A DNA stretch of 64,000 nucleotides, from positions 655-64,654 of the forward strand of contig JAQBHL010000225.1 of the NCBI GenBank assembly GCA_032127745.1, read 5' to 3'. The position numbers and the translations under genes were made by a program. Source of the DNA: Acidobacteriota bacterium. GTDB taxonomy: Bacteria; Acidobacteriota; Vicinamibacteria; Fen-336; JAGNNV01. The notes beneath the pieces were generated by a model. That model was not told where the DNA came from, searched no databases, and saw only the letters and a list, made by a program, of their open reading frames with translations. Below are positions 9,256 through 18,960 of the stretch, in pieces (position 1 is the stretch's first letter; each line of letters opens with the position of its first letter).

Positions 9256-10394
9256 TCCACCCCGATTGGATGGCGCAGTTCGCCTGCCCGGTGTGCCTCG
9301 ACCGGCTGGGGTGTGAGAAGTGCGGAGTCAAGACCGGAGGCCACGATGTCTGCGTCGCCTCCTATGCCGCGCGAGTGTCGTGCCCCTGCGGCGGCCCCGA
9401 CAAGCGGGCCCTCGAGCATCGAGGCGAGGGTTTCTATTGCTCCTGCTGTCTCACCCGCTATCAGTTCGGACCCTCGCGCGACTACGTCGATCTTCTGCCC
9501 CGCGCCGAGGTGGGCCGGGTGTCGCACTACGCCGATGAAGAGTTTCAGGAACGACTCGGCGTCCGCGAGGGGCCGCCCGTGCTCTCGGCCGGGGTCAAGG
9601 CGAAGATGGTCTCCAGGATGCTGGGCCTCAAGCCCGGCGATTCTGTTCTGGATCTGGGCAGCGGGGCCGGAAAATTCGCGGCCCACTTCGCGAACAAAGG
9701 CGCGTCCGTCTGCGGCATCGACATGGCGCCGTTCTTCCTGAAATCCGCCATCGACTCGGTCAATCTCGTGGTCGGCGATCTGAGACGGCTTCCCCTGAGA
9801 AAGGGCGCCTCGGCCCGCGCCTACTCGCTCGACGTCCTCGAACATCTCGATGAGGCGGGGGTTCGCGAAGTCCTGATCGAGGCCCGCCGGGCGGTGTCGA
9901 AAGAGGGCCGGATCTTCGTCTACACCCACGCCATGGAGTCTTCGAGGATCGCCTCCTTCCAGCGCGGCGTGAACACCCTCGCCAAGCGTCTCGGCCGCAT
10001 GGGCCTGGTCGACTCGGAGAAGGAGGCGATGCGCAAGAGCGATCACATCAACGCCATCAGGTCGCATGAGCACTTCGACGAGATCGCAAGGTCCGCGGGA
10101 CTGAGGGTCCAGGAACGCGTGTACTACAACGTCTTCGCGAAGGCGGTGATCGAGGACCTGGCTCTGAAGATGGTCGAGCAGCGCCGCGGCAAGAAATCCG
10201 CGGCCGGACCAGGCGCCGCGAAGGCGGCCTCGGCGGACAAGTCGGCGAGCCACATCGTGGGACGCCCGGCGCCTTCGAAAAGCGCCCGGTTCGTGGCCCG
10301 AGGCCTGACTCATGTCCTGATGCTGGATGTGGGCCTGTTCGGCAGGGTTCGCACCGGACCCTTTTTCGGAGTTCTGGCGCCCATCGCGTCATAG
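9252..10394 (+). CDS. SAM-dependent methyltransferase with N-terminal Cys-rich zinc-ribbon region
   Basis: ATGA overlap. The first 60 residues contain 10 Cys (CPVCLDRLGCEKCG...CPCGG...YCSCCLTRY). The central MT motif I is VLDLGSGAGKFA, followed by ...LDVLEHLDE. Confidence 0.65.
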   Translation: MIHPDWMAQFACPVCLDRLGCEKCGVKTGGHDVCVASYAARVSCPCGGPDKRALEHRGEGFYCSCCLTRYQFGPSRDYVDLLPRAEVGRVSHYADEEFQERLGVREGPPVLSAGVKAKMVSRMLGLKPGDSVLDLGSGAGKFAAHFANKGASVCGIDMAPFFLKSAIDSVNLVVGDLRRLPLRKGASARAYSLDVLEHLDEAGVREVLIEARRAVSKEGRIFVYTHAMESSRIASFQRGVNTLAKRLGRMGLVDSEKEAMRKSDHINAIRSHEHFDEIARSAGLRVQERVYYNVFAKAVIEDLALKMVEQRRGKKSAAGPGAAKAASADKSASHIVGRPAPSKSARFVARGLTHVLMLDVGLFGRVRTGPFFGVLAPIAS

Positions 10395-10409
10395 CTCGAT
10401 TGGGGTCGA

Positions 10410-11543
10410 ATGCGGATTCTGTACGTCGCGTCGGATCAGACGCTTCCCGGCGAGACCGGCGGCAGTGTCCACGTGCACGAGGTTTCGCGCGAACTGTCGA
10501 AGCGGGGCCATGAGGTTCATGCCGTGGTTCAGGACCAGGGCGAGGCGTCTCCCTCTGACCATGGCTATTCGGTCCATCGGATCCGCTGGTGGCCAGGGCA
10601 TCGCTTCTTCAGATTCCGAGCCCGGCCCCAGATCGCCGATCTCATTCGACGCCTGAAACCGGACGTTTTGATGGAGCGCTATTACAACTTCGGCGGCGAG
10701 GGGATCCTTTCCGCCGAGGCCGCGCACATCCCCAGCCTGCTGGAAGTGAACTCTCCCGTGGTGGATCATCCCGGATCGCTGAAGGCCGCGCTCGACACCC
10801 TTCTCGTCACCCGGCCGATGCGACGGTATCGCGAGCGCCTGGCCCGATCGGCCTCCGCTCTGATTTCGCCCATCAAGGAGATCGTTCCCGAGTTCGCACG
10901 GGCCAAGACTCAGGTCGTGACCTGGGGCGCCAACATCGAGGCCTTCCATCCAGGAAGACGCAGCACGGCGCGACGCCAGAGCTGGGGCGCCTCTGAGGAA
11001 ACATGCGTGGTTCTCTTCAGCGGATCTCATCGGCCCTGGCATGGAGTCGAAACCCTGCTGGCTGCCGCCCGTCGACTCCAGGGCCACAAGGCCCTGGTCT
11101 TCGTGCTGGCCGGCGGCGAGCGGGCCTTCGTGGCCACGGACTTCAATGGGCGCTATCTGGGACGGGTGCCTTACGCGGACATGCCCGAAGTCACGGCCAG
11201 CGCCGACCTTTCGGTGGCGCCCTATGACCGTTCGCAACTGCGCTCGCTGAAACTCGGCTTCTTCTGGTCGCCCCTGAAGCTATTCGAGGCCCTCGCGAGC
11301 GGCGTGCCCACGATTACTCTGGACATACCACCCCTTCACGACATCGTGCGAGCGAACCAGGAGGGCGTCTTCTTCAAGGAGAACGACGCGGAGGATCTGG
11401 CCCGGGCCATTGCCGCGCTGGCGAGCGATCCCGAGCGGCGTCTCCGGCTGGGTCGAAACTCCAGAGGGCGAGCGCCTCAGTTTTCATGGGCCGCCCATGC
11501 CGCCCAGGTCGAATCGATTCTCGAAGGCATCCGGGCGGCATGA
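10410..11543 (+). CDS. Glycosyltransferase family 4
   Basis: The N-terminus MRILYVASDQTLPGETGGSVHVHEVSREL is typical of GT4. The C-terminal domain contains ...FEALASGVPTITLD. Confidence 0.8.
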   Translation: MRILYVASDQTLPGETGGSVHVHEVSRELSKRGHEVHAVVQDQGEASPSDHGYSVHRIRWWPGHRFFRFRARPQIADLIRRLKPDVLMERYYNFGGEGILSAEAAHIPSLLEVNSPVVDHPGSLKAALDTLLVTRPMRRYRERLARSASALISPIKEIVPEFARAKTQVVTWGANIEAFHPGRRSTARRQSWGASEETCVVLFSGSHRPWHGVETLLAAARRLQGHKALVFVLAGGERAFVATDFNGRYLGRVPYADMPEVTASADLSVAPYDRSQLRSLKLGFFWSPLKLFEALASGVPTITLDIPPLHDIVRANQEGVFFKENDAEDLARAIAALASDPERRLRLGRNSRGRAPQFSWAAHAAQVESILEGIRAA

Positions 11544-12709
11544 AGATCACCCTCGCCACCGAAGTCTTTCCCCCCCGGGCCGGGGGCGCCGGCTGGTCGA
11601 CCCGGGCCCTCGCTCTGGGGTTGCGCGATGCGGGCCACGACGTCAGCGTGATCACCACGGCCGAGGGGCCGGCGCAGGAGGGGAAGGTGCCGGTGCTTCG
11701 AATCGCGGGAGCATCGGGCGCATTCCGGCGTGGGCGCATGGTGGAGACCTTCCGAAAAGCTCTGGCCGAACGAGCGGGCGATGCCGACGTGATCCATGCC
11801 CAGCACTCACTGTCCGCCCTGGGGACCCTGGCCCTAAAACCCCGCCCGCGCGCGGTGGTGACGGTGCGCGATCACTGGCCGGTGTGCTTCTGGTCCACCC
11901 GCATATCGCAGGGAAAGCTCTGCCCTCGGTGCTCGACCGGAGGCATGTGGCGATGCCTCGACGGCCGACTCCCCGCCCTGAGCGCTCCCGCCGCCATCCC
12001 CTACATGAAATGGGATCTCGCCATCAAGCGCGGCGCCCTGGCCCGCGCGGACGCCACCATCGCGGTGAGTGAGTCGATCGCGGCGGAGCTGCGGGCGGCC
12101 TTGATCCCGTCGGTCCACGTCCTGCCGAACATCGTGGACGCGGTGGAAGCGAACGAGATCGCGAATCAGACCCCCCTGATCTCTCTCCCCGATCGATTCA
12201 TCCTCTTTGTGGGAAAGCTCGAAGCGAACAAGGGAGCGGGCGATCTGATTGAGGCGCTGGTTCGCTCAAAGGCGCGCCTTCCCCTGGTGGTTCTCGGAAG
12301 CGGCGCTTCCGAGAGGGCGATCCGGGAATCGGCTCAGAAGGCATCGGTCGAGGTTCATCTCCCCGGCTGGACCGACCGTGCCGATGTCCTCCGGGTCATG
12401 AAACGGGCGGAGGCTCTGTTGTTCCCCTCGACCTGGCCCGAGCCTCTCTCCCGCGTTCTTCTGGAGGCTCTGGCCCTCGGAACGCCGATCGCGGCCATGG
12501 ATACTGGGGGCACCTCCGAACTGATCGAGCACGAGATCTCCGGCCTGCTGGCTCACGGCGTGGATCAGCTGGGCGACGCTCTCGGCCGGATCGTTCATGA
12601 TGCGTCGGTGCGCTCACGACTCAGGGAAGGGGCGGCCTCCCGGGCGCGGGCGTTCTGCCCTGAGGTTCTGATCCCTCACTACGAGGCCTTGTACCGGGGT
12701 TCGAACTGA
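11540..12709 (+). CDS. Glycosyltransferase family 4
   Basis: ATGA overlap. The sequence MKITLATEVFPPRAGGAG...EPLSRVLLEALALGTPIAAMDTGG is GT4-like. Confidence 0.8.
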   Translation: MKITLATEVFPPRAGGAGWSTRALALGLRDAGHDVSVITTAEGPAQEGKVPVLRIAGASGAFRRGRMVETFRKALAERAGDADVIHAQHSLSALGTLALKPRPRAVVTVRDHWPVCFWSTRISQGKLCPRCSTGGMWRCLDGRLPALSAPAAIPYMKWDLAIKRGALARADATIAVSESIAAELRAALIPSVHVLPNIVDAVEANEIANQTPLISLPDRFILFVGKLEANKGAGDLIEALVRSKARLPLVVLGSGASERAIRESAQKASVEVHLPGWTDRADVLRVMKRAEALLFPSTWPEPLSRVLLEALALGTPIAAMDTGGTSELIEHEISGLLAHGVDQLGDALGRIVHDASVRSRLREGAASRARAFCPEVLIPHYEALYRGSN

Positions 12710-13911
12710 TGCGGGTGGCTCTTCTGTCGAGGAGCGCCCATCCGCTCCATCCGCCCGGCGGTATGGAGCGGGCGGTCTATTCGCTGGCCAAGCACCTGCG
12801 CGCCCAGGGTGTGGACGTGACCCTGTTCACCCGGCCGGGGAAGAATCCAGAGTCATTCCCCGGGCATGTGGTGATGGTGAAGTACCAGCGCTATCGCCTC
12901 GGAACCCACGGGCGCGTGCTCGACCGGACCTTCAACTACCCCGCGTTCAGCGCCCTGATGGGGCGCGAGGTCGCGGAGCATGTGCGCCGGGGTGAGGTCG
13001 ACATCGTGGACGCGCAGGGCTTGAGCGCTCTCGGTTACGGCCGCGAGCGACTCCTCGATCCTTCTCTCGATGCGCCTCTGGTCATGAATCCTCAGGGCAT
13101 GGAGGAGCATCACGTGCGAGGCTTCAAGGCTCTCGCCCTCGGCCGGCTGAGACAGCTTTCGAAGGAGGCGGCCCAACTCGCAGACTGCGTGATCGCCACG
13201 GATGAGGCCACCCGGGGCGAGGTTCCCCGGCTTCTGGACGTGAATCCGGGACGAGTTCGAGTCATTCCCAACGGCGTCGATCTCGAGGAGATTCGAGCCC
13301 TCACCCCCGAAGACGCCATGCCCTTCGCCTTTGAGGTCCTGCCCTGGATGTCGACCTGTCGGCCGCTGTTCGTTTCGGTGGGCCGGCTCGAGAGCTACAA
13401 GGGTTTCGCCGATTCCCTCGAAGCCTTCAAGCGCATCGCGACCTTCCTGCCCCGGAGCTGGGGCTGGCTGGTGGTGGGAGAAGGCCCGTCGCGGCGTTCC
13501 CTTCAGGCCGCCGCCTCCGGCCTCACCGACCACATTCAGTTCACCGGCCGGGTCGGCGAGCAAACCCTTCATGCCCTCTATGCCGGCTCCGACGTCTTTT
13601 TGCACCCGACCCGGTTCGAAGGGTCGTCCCTGGTCACCCTCGAGGCTATGGCTCATGGACTTCCCGTGATCGCCACCCGGGCCGGAGGAATTCCGGACAA
13701 GGTGAAGGATGGGGCGAACGGCTTCCTGGTCGATCCGGGAGACGTGGCCGCCCTCGCGACCGCCATCCTCGAGATCGCGAACCAGCCTAAGGAGATGGAG
13801 AGGATGGGACGGGAGTCGATCCAGCTCCTCGAGCCCTTCCTCTGGCCGCAGATCGCCAAGCGGGTGATCGCGCAATACGAACGGCTGCTCCGCGAAAGGA
13901 AGAAACGGTGA
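12709..13911 (+). CDS. Glycosyltransferase family 4
   Basis: TGATG 1-nt overlap. The C-terminal GT4 signature ...EGSSLVTLEAMAHGLPVIATRAGG is present. Confidence 0.8.
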   Translation: MRVALLSRSAHPLHPPGGMERAVYSLAKHLRAQGVDVTLFTRPGKNPESFPGHVVMVKYQRYRLGTHGRVLDRTFNYPAFSALMGREVAEHVRRGEVDIVDAQGLSALGYGRERLLDPSLDAPLVMNPQGMEEHHVRGFKALALGRLRQLSKEAAQLADCVIATDEATRGEVPRLLDVNPGRVRVIPNGVDLEEIRALTPEDAMPFAFEVLPWMSTCRPLFVSVGRLESYKGFADSLEAFKRIATFLPRSWGWLVVGEGPSRRSLQAAASGLTDHIQFTGRVGEQTLHALYAGSDVFLHPTRFEGSSLVTLEAMAHGLPVIATRAGGIPDKVKDGANGFLVDPGDVAALATAILEIANQPKEMERMGRESIQLLEPFLWPQIAKRVIAQYERLLRERKKR

Positions 13912-14645
13912 ATCCGGACGAATACCGGCGGATGGCCGACCTGGAGGGCGTTTCGTGGTGGTACGTGGGCATGCGCCGGATCGCGCGTTCCCTTCTGACC
14001 CCGCTTCTGCCCGCCGAAGCCGGGCCTCGCCGGATTCTCGACGCCGGCTGCGGCACGGGCTGGAATCTTCAGGACCTCTCTTCCATGGGCGAAACCCATG
14101 GCCTGGATCTCTCGCCCCTGGCCGTGCTCGCCACCAGAGGGCGCGGCGGTCGGGTGGTGCAGGGCGATGTGCTCGGTTTGCCCTACGCGTCCGGCAGTTT
14201 CGATGTGGTCACTTCATTCGATGTGCTCTATCACGCCTGGGTCCAGGATGACGCTCAAGCGGTGCGGGAACTGGGCCGGGTGTTGAAGCCGGGAGGATTG
14301 ATCCTTATCAAGGTTCCCGCCCTCAAGATTCTGTGGGGTGCTCACGACGAGGCCGTTCATTCTCGACACCGGTACACCCGAGGCGAGCTGGAAGCCCTGC
14401 TGGAGGCGAGCGGGCTGGCCCTGGTTCGGTCCACCTATGCGAACTCTCTTCTTTTTCCAGTTCTGCTCTCGCGGCGCTTCCTCGACCGTCTCTTGAAGCG
14501 CCACGGATCCGACGTGGTCATGCTTCCTCTTCTGCTTGAACGGGCGTTCGGGGCGCTGCTTTCCATCGAAGCGGCGCTCCTTTCGGCGATCAACCTTCCC
14601 ATCGGCGCGAGCGTGTTCGCCATCGCCCGAAAGCCGGCCGCATAG
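13908..14645 (+). CDS. Class I SAM-dependent methyltransferase
   Basis: GTGA overlap start. Motif I ILDAGCGTGWNL is followed by ...SFDVVTSFDVLYH. Confidence 0.75.
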   Translation: MNPDEYRRMADLEGVSWWYVGMRRIARSLLTPLLPAEAGPRRILDAGCGTGWNLQDLSSMGETHGLDLSPLAVLATRGRGGRVVQGDVLGLPYASGSFDVVTSFDVLYHAWVQDDAQAVRELGRVLKPGGLILIKVPALKILWGAHDEAVHSRHRYTRGELEALLEASGLALVRSTYANSLLFPVLLSRRFLDRLLKRHGSDVVMLPLLLERAFGALLSIEAALLSAINLPIGASVFAIARKPAA

Positions 14646-14650
14646 AATCG

Positions 14651-15277
14651 GTGGGTCCCTTGGCCAGTGACACCGATATGACGCCTGAAGAATTCGAGAT
14701 GGAACGACGGAAAAGCGCCGAGGCGCTTCGTCGGGTGGCGGAGAACGCCCAGGGAGCGAACGTGGCCCGAAGTGCTGCGAGCGTACTCGGGCCGGTGGAA
14801 GCGGTGAAGACCACGGGGGAGACCGCCGGCCGCCCTTCTGCGGAGCCGCCGGTGTGGAATCCGCCGCCGCCGCCGGATCTGGGCCCGGTGAACGAATCGT
14901 GGACGACGGGCGGCGATCAAGCCCTGGGGAAGCTCGCGGCCCTCGTGGACGGATCTCGCGCCCGGAGCCGCGAGGCCCAGGTCCGGTTCAACTCCGATCA
15001 GGTCCGGCTCGACAACGCCCTCGTCGCCTGGACCGCCGATCATTTCGCCGCCACTCACAAGCACTACGATGCGGCGATCGCCTCCATGCAGAACCGGATG
15101 GACGACATCGATACCCGCCACCGCGAACTCGAAGCCGAACTGGTCCGCCATGTTCACGAAATGGCCCAGCGGATCGACGTCGTGCTGGGCGAGGGAGAGA
15201 AGGGCCGGGTTTCCCATGAAGCGGCTCTGCGATCGCTTCGTGACCGCCTGCGCCTCATCGAAGAGAAGCTCGGTTGA
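14651..15277 (+). CDS. Hypothetical coiled-coil protein within the glycan operon
   Basis: The ORF sits 5 nt after the upstream stop, and the next gene starts with a TTGA overlap at its end. No catalytic motif was found. The C-terminal half has heptad-like repeats rich in Glu, Leu and Arg. Confidence 0.45.
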   Translation: MGPLASDTDMTPEEFEMERRKSAEALRRVAENAQGANVARSAASVLGPVEAVKTTGETAGRPSAEPPVWNPPPPPDLGPVNESWTTGGDQALGKLAALVDGSRARSREAQVRFNSDQVRLDNALVAWTADHFAATHKHYDAAIASMQNRMDDIDTRHRELEAELVRHVHEMAQRIDVVLGEGEKGRVSHEAALRSLRDRLRLIEEKLG

Positions 15278-16323
15278 GCCCCCGGGTCCTGATCTGCGCG
15301 GCCCAGGCCCCGTTCATCAATGGCGGCGCGGAGATGCTCGTTTTGTCCCTGCAGCGTGAGTTGGTACGCCGCGGTTTCGTAACCGACGTGGCTCAGGTTC
15401 CCTTCAAGTGGTACCCGCCCGAGGAGATCATCCGGCAGGCGCTGGCCTGGCGGCTTCTCGATGTGACCGAGAGCAACGGGGCGAAGATCGATCTGGTCAT
15501 CGCCACGAAGTTTCCGACCTTCCTGGCCGAGCATCCGGGCAAGGTGGCGTGGATCTTTCATCAGCACCGCGAGGTCTACGACCTCTTCGGCACCGAATAC
15601 TGTTCCTTCACCGACTCGAAGGAACACCGCGAGATCAAGGACGCCATCCACTCCCTCGACACGAAAGCACTGTCGGAGTGCCGGGATCGTTTCACCATCT
15701 CGAGAACCGTGTCCGACCGGCTTTTGAAGTTCAATCAGATCGACTCCACGCCGCTCTACCCCCCGCCGCCTCACGCGGGACGGTATCGATTCGAGACGCT
15801 CGGCGACTTCCTGCTCTTCGCGGGGAGGCTGGACCGGCTGAAGCGGGTGGACCTGCTGATCGAAGCCCTGGCCCACGCCTCGACCGAGGTCAGGCTCAAG
15901 ATCGCGGGTCGGGGACCGCTCGAAGCCTCCCTCCGAGAACTGGCGGAGCGGCGCGGGGTCGCGGCGCGGGTCGATTTCCTGGGCTTCGTCTCGGATGAGG
16001 ACCTGCTGACCCTTCTCGCCACCGCGCGAGCCGCGGTCTACACCCCGGTGAACGAAGACTACGGATACGTGACCCTGGAAGCCTTCCTCTCGGGCAAGAC
16101 CCTCATCACCACGAATGATACGGGTGGAGTTCTCGAGTTCGCGACCACCGAGACCGGCTTCATCGCCGAACCCAGCCCCCAGAGCCTGGGAGCGGCGATG
16201 AGCCGGGCCTGGAACACCGCGCCCGCTCGACTCAAGGACATGGCCGAAGTCGGCCGGAAGAAAGTGGCGCCCATCCAATGGGACGCGGTCATTGATACCT
16301 TGACGGAAACGATCCGATCGTGA
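15274..16323 (+). CDS. Glycosyltransferase family 4
   Basis: TTG start. The N-terminus ICAAQAPFINGGAE and the C-terminus EDYGYVTLEAFLSGKTLITTNDTGG are GT4-like. Confidence 0.75.
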   Translation: MSPRVLICAAQAPFINGGAEMLVLSLQRELVRRGFVTDVAQVPFKWYPPEEIIRQALAWRLLDVTESNGAKIDLVIATKFPTFLAEHPGKVAWIFHQHREVYDLFGTEYCSFTDSKEHREIKDAIHSLDTKALSECRDRFTISRTVSDRLLKFNQIDSTPLYPPPPHAGRYRFETLGDFLLFAGRLDRLKRVDLLIEALAHASTEVRLKIAGRGPLEASLRELAERRGVAARVDFLGFVSDEDLLTLLATARAAVYTPVNEDYGYVTLEAFLSGKTLITTNDTGGVLEFATTETGFIAEPSPQSLGAAMSRAWNTAPARLKDMAEVGRKKVAPIQWDAVIDTLTETIRS

Positions 16324-17654
16324 CCGAACAGAGAAAGCTCGACTCAAAAGGCCTGGCGGTCGAGGTCTGGTCGCCTCTTCCCCCTCTCGAATCGGGCGTC
16401 GCCGATTATGTCCATGAACAGTTGGATGTCCTGGACCGCCTTCTCGATCTCACCCTGGTGGCCGAGGATGAAAGCCGGGTCGATGAGGGGATACGGAAGC
16501 GCTATCGCGTGGTCTCGAAGGACCGGAGCGACGAGACGAAACTGCGCGTCTATCACATCGGCAATTCGCCTCTCCACGCCTTTGCCTACCGCGAGGCCAT
16601 CCGGGTCCCGGGGGTGGTGATCCTGCACGAGTGGAACCTCCACGAGTTGCTCCTCGGCTTCGCGGTGACCGCCAATGACTTCGACGGGTATCGGTCCTTG
16701 ATGCGCGGTGAGCACGGCGCGCGCGGCTCAATCGCGGCCCAGACCGTAGCGTCGGCTCTGGGAGGGCGTCATTGGACCAGTGTCTTTCCCTTAAACGCCG
16801 AGATTCTCGATGGCGCTCTCGCCGTGGTCTGCCTCTCCGCTTCCACCGCGGCCAAAGTCGCCGCCCGCCGCATCGGCGGGCCCATGCTCCACCTTCCCCA
16901 TCACGCCCTCCTGCGCTCGCGGGCGACCAGCCGATCGGAGGCTCGAAGAAGGCTCGGTCTCGATTCCGAGGCGCGAGTGGTTCTGGCGCCGGGCCTCGCC
17001 ACCGCGTCCAAGTCCCTCGACGCGGCGGGCCGCGCGATGGAGCTCATCCGCCCTCGAGTTTCTGGTGCGGTGCTCGTCACCGTGGGCGGCGGGGCCCGAA
17101 TCGAACCCGCCCCGGCGAAGGGCCTGGCCATCCAGCAACTGGGACGCGTGGATCTTGAAACCCTGGGCGACGCTCTGCTGGCCGCGGATGTCGTGCTGGC
17201 CCTGAGGTTCCCGAGCCGGGGCGAGACCTCCGGCGTTTTGATGCGCGCGCTGGCCGCCGGTCGGGCCGCCATCGTGTCCTCGGGCTCGACCGCCGACGCG
17301 GATCTACCCGAGGGCGTGGTGGCGCGAGTCAACCCCGGGCCCGCAGAAAGCGAAGAACTCGCCGCCCTTCTGGAGTTCCTTCTCAATGACGATGGCTCGA
17401 GGCTTCGTCTGGAAAGGCTCGCCGGGGCCACCGCGGCGCAGCGTGGATTGGAACCACTGACCGAGCGGTTGACGGGCTTCCTGGTTGAGGTGGCCAAAGA
17501 CCGGGCCTCTTTGGAGGCGGACATCAAGAAGCGCGGCCGCCGAGCTTCGAGACTCCACTCCCGGTTCCGGAACGAGGTGGAGGCGGCCAGCGCCGGCCTC
17601 GGTCTCGCCCGCGTTCCTTCCGGCGTCTACGACCGACTGGCCGGGCTTCAATGA
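16320..17654 (+). CDS. Glycosyltransferase, divergent GT4/GT1-like
   Basis: GTGA overlap start. The C-terminal half shows the ...GETSGVLMRALAAGRAAIVS pattern. The N-terminal half is unusual. Confidence 0.55.
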   Translation: MTEQRKLDSKGLAVEVWSPLPPLESGVADYVHEQLDVLDRLLDLTLVAEDESRVDEGIRKRYRVVSKDRSDETKLRVYHIGNSPLHAFAYREAIRVPGVVILHEWNLHELLLGFAVTANDFDGYRSLMRGEHGARGSIAAQTVASALGGRHWTSVFPLNAEILDGALAVVCLSASTAAKVAARRIGGPMLHLPHHALLRSRATSRSEARRRLGLDSEARVVLAPGLATASKSLDAAGRAMELIRPRVSGAVLVTVGGGARIEPAPAKGLAIQQLGRVDLETLGDALLAADVVLALRFPSRGETSGVLMRALAAGRAAIVSSGSTADADLPEGVVARVNPGPAESEELAALLEFLLNDDGSRLRLERLAGATAAQRGLEPLTERLTGFLVEVAKDRASLEADIKKRGRRASRLHSRFRNEVEAASAGLGLARVPSGVYDRLAGLQ

Positions 17655-18346
17655 GTGTCTCCCTCTCCGTGGTCATTCCGGCGTTCAACGAGGAGCGGCG
17701 CCTCCCGGGAACGCTCTCCGCCATCCTGCCCTATCTTCGGGCCCGGGGCGAGACCTTCGAGGTCGTGGTGGTGGACGATGGATCCACCGACCGTACCGCG
17801 GATGTCGCGGAGCAGGCCGGACCCGAGGTGAGGGTTCTCAAGAACCCCGGAAACCGGGGGAAGGGCTACTCCGTTCGGAATGGAATGTTGAACGCCCGAG
17901 GTGAGTGGCGCCTGATGTCCGACGCCGATTTGTCAACCCCTGTGGAGGAACTGAAGCGGCTCGAGGCGGCGATCAGAGACGGCGCAGAGATCGCAATCGC
18001 GTCACGGGCGGTGTCGGGCGCCAACCTCGAAAAGCGGCAGTCGATCCTGCGGGAGAGTTCAGGACGGTTCTTCAATCTCCTCGTCCGGTGGCTGCACCTG
18101 CCCGGAATCATGGACACTCAGTGCGGTTTCAAGCTGTTCTCCGCGGCCGCCGCCGAAGCGGCCTTCCGAGATTCGAAGCTCGACGGCTTCGCCTTCGATG
18201 TGGAGGCTCTGGTGCTGGCGAAGAAGGCCGGATTCAGGATCGTCGAGGTGCCGGTGACCTGGCGGAATGACGAACAGTCGAGGGTCAGCTTCGGCCGGGG
18301 TCTTGCCGCCTTCGTGGATCTGTTTCGTTTGCGCTTCCGCCCCTGA
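17651..18346 (+). CDS. GT2 polyprenyl-phosphate sugar synthase (GtrB / dolichyl-phosphate glucosyltransferase-like)
   Basis: ATGA overlap. The sequence SVVIPAFNEERRL...VVVVDDGSTDRT...DADLSTP...QCGFK is the GT-A signature. Confidence 0.8.
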   Translation: MSVSLSVVIPAFNEERRLPGTLSAILPYLRARGETFEVVVVDDGSTDRTADVAEQAGPEVRVLKNPGNRGKGYSVRNGMLNARGEWRLMSDADLSTPVEELKRLEAAIRDGAEIAIASRAVSGANLEKRQSILRESSGRFFNLLVRWLHLPGIMDTQCGFKLFSAAAAEAAFRDSKLDGFAFDVEALVLAKKAGFRIVEVPVTWRNDEQSRVSFGRGLAAFVDLFRLRFRP

Positions 18347-18363
18347 GCGCGGCGCCACCCGGC

Positions 18364-18960
18364 CTATTGGGGAGCGACCGGTCGTCGGATGTCAGCCCTC
18401 AGGCGCATACCCGCCACCCACTCTTCGATCTTCGCGTCCAGCGCCCGTCCTTCGAGCGACGCGCGAAGAGCCGGAGCGACCTCGGAAAAGACCGGCGGCT
18501 CCGGAAGATCGGCCACCATCTCGTTGAAGGCCTTTCGAACCGTGGCGTCCTCGACTCTCACCAGTGGTCGCAACCGCTGGTCGATGTAGTTCGAGATGAC
18601 CAGTTGCACCACCGCCTTGCGTTTCAGCGCCGCGGCCGAGAAGCCGGTTCCGGCTTTCTCCCTCAACGTGAGGACGGCGCCCGCGATGGCCTCGTCGGTC
18701 GGCGCGTCGATCGCGAGCCGGGAGGCCTCTTCGGCCATCAGACTCTCATCGATGGTGCGCTCTATGGCCTCGGAGTCGCCCAGTCTCAGAAGCGCTTTGG
18801 CGAGTTCCACGTCGGAGAGAAGCACGGGCCGCTGGTTGACGAAGGCCACCGTGCGCTCCACCAGGGCGCCCGCGGCGGAGGCACTGGCGCCCGGAGCGGC
18901 GACCGTGAGGGCGAGGAGGATCGAATGAACGAGCCGGCTCAGGCGGCGATCAGAATGCAT
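18364..18960 (-). CDS. Periplasmic chaperone, SurA N-terminal-domain-like (no PPIase domains)
   Basis: The start is at the internal Met MHSDRRLSRLVHSILLALTVAAPGASA, which is a signal peptide. The segment VAFVNQRPVLLSDVE... parallels the SurA N-terminus. Confidence 0.55.
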   Translation of the reverse strand: MHSDRRLSRLVHSILLALTVAAPGASASAAGALVERTVAFVNQRPVLLSDVELAKALLRLGDSEAIERTIDESLMAEEASRLAIDAPTDEAIAGAVLTLREKAGTGFSAAALKRKAVVQLVISNYIDQRLRPLVRVEDATVRKAFNEMVADLPEPPVFSEVAPALRASLEGRALDAKIEEWVAGMRLRADIRRPVAPQ

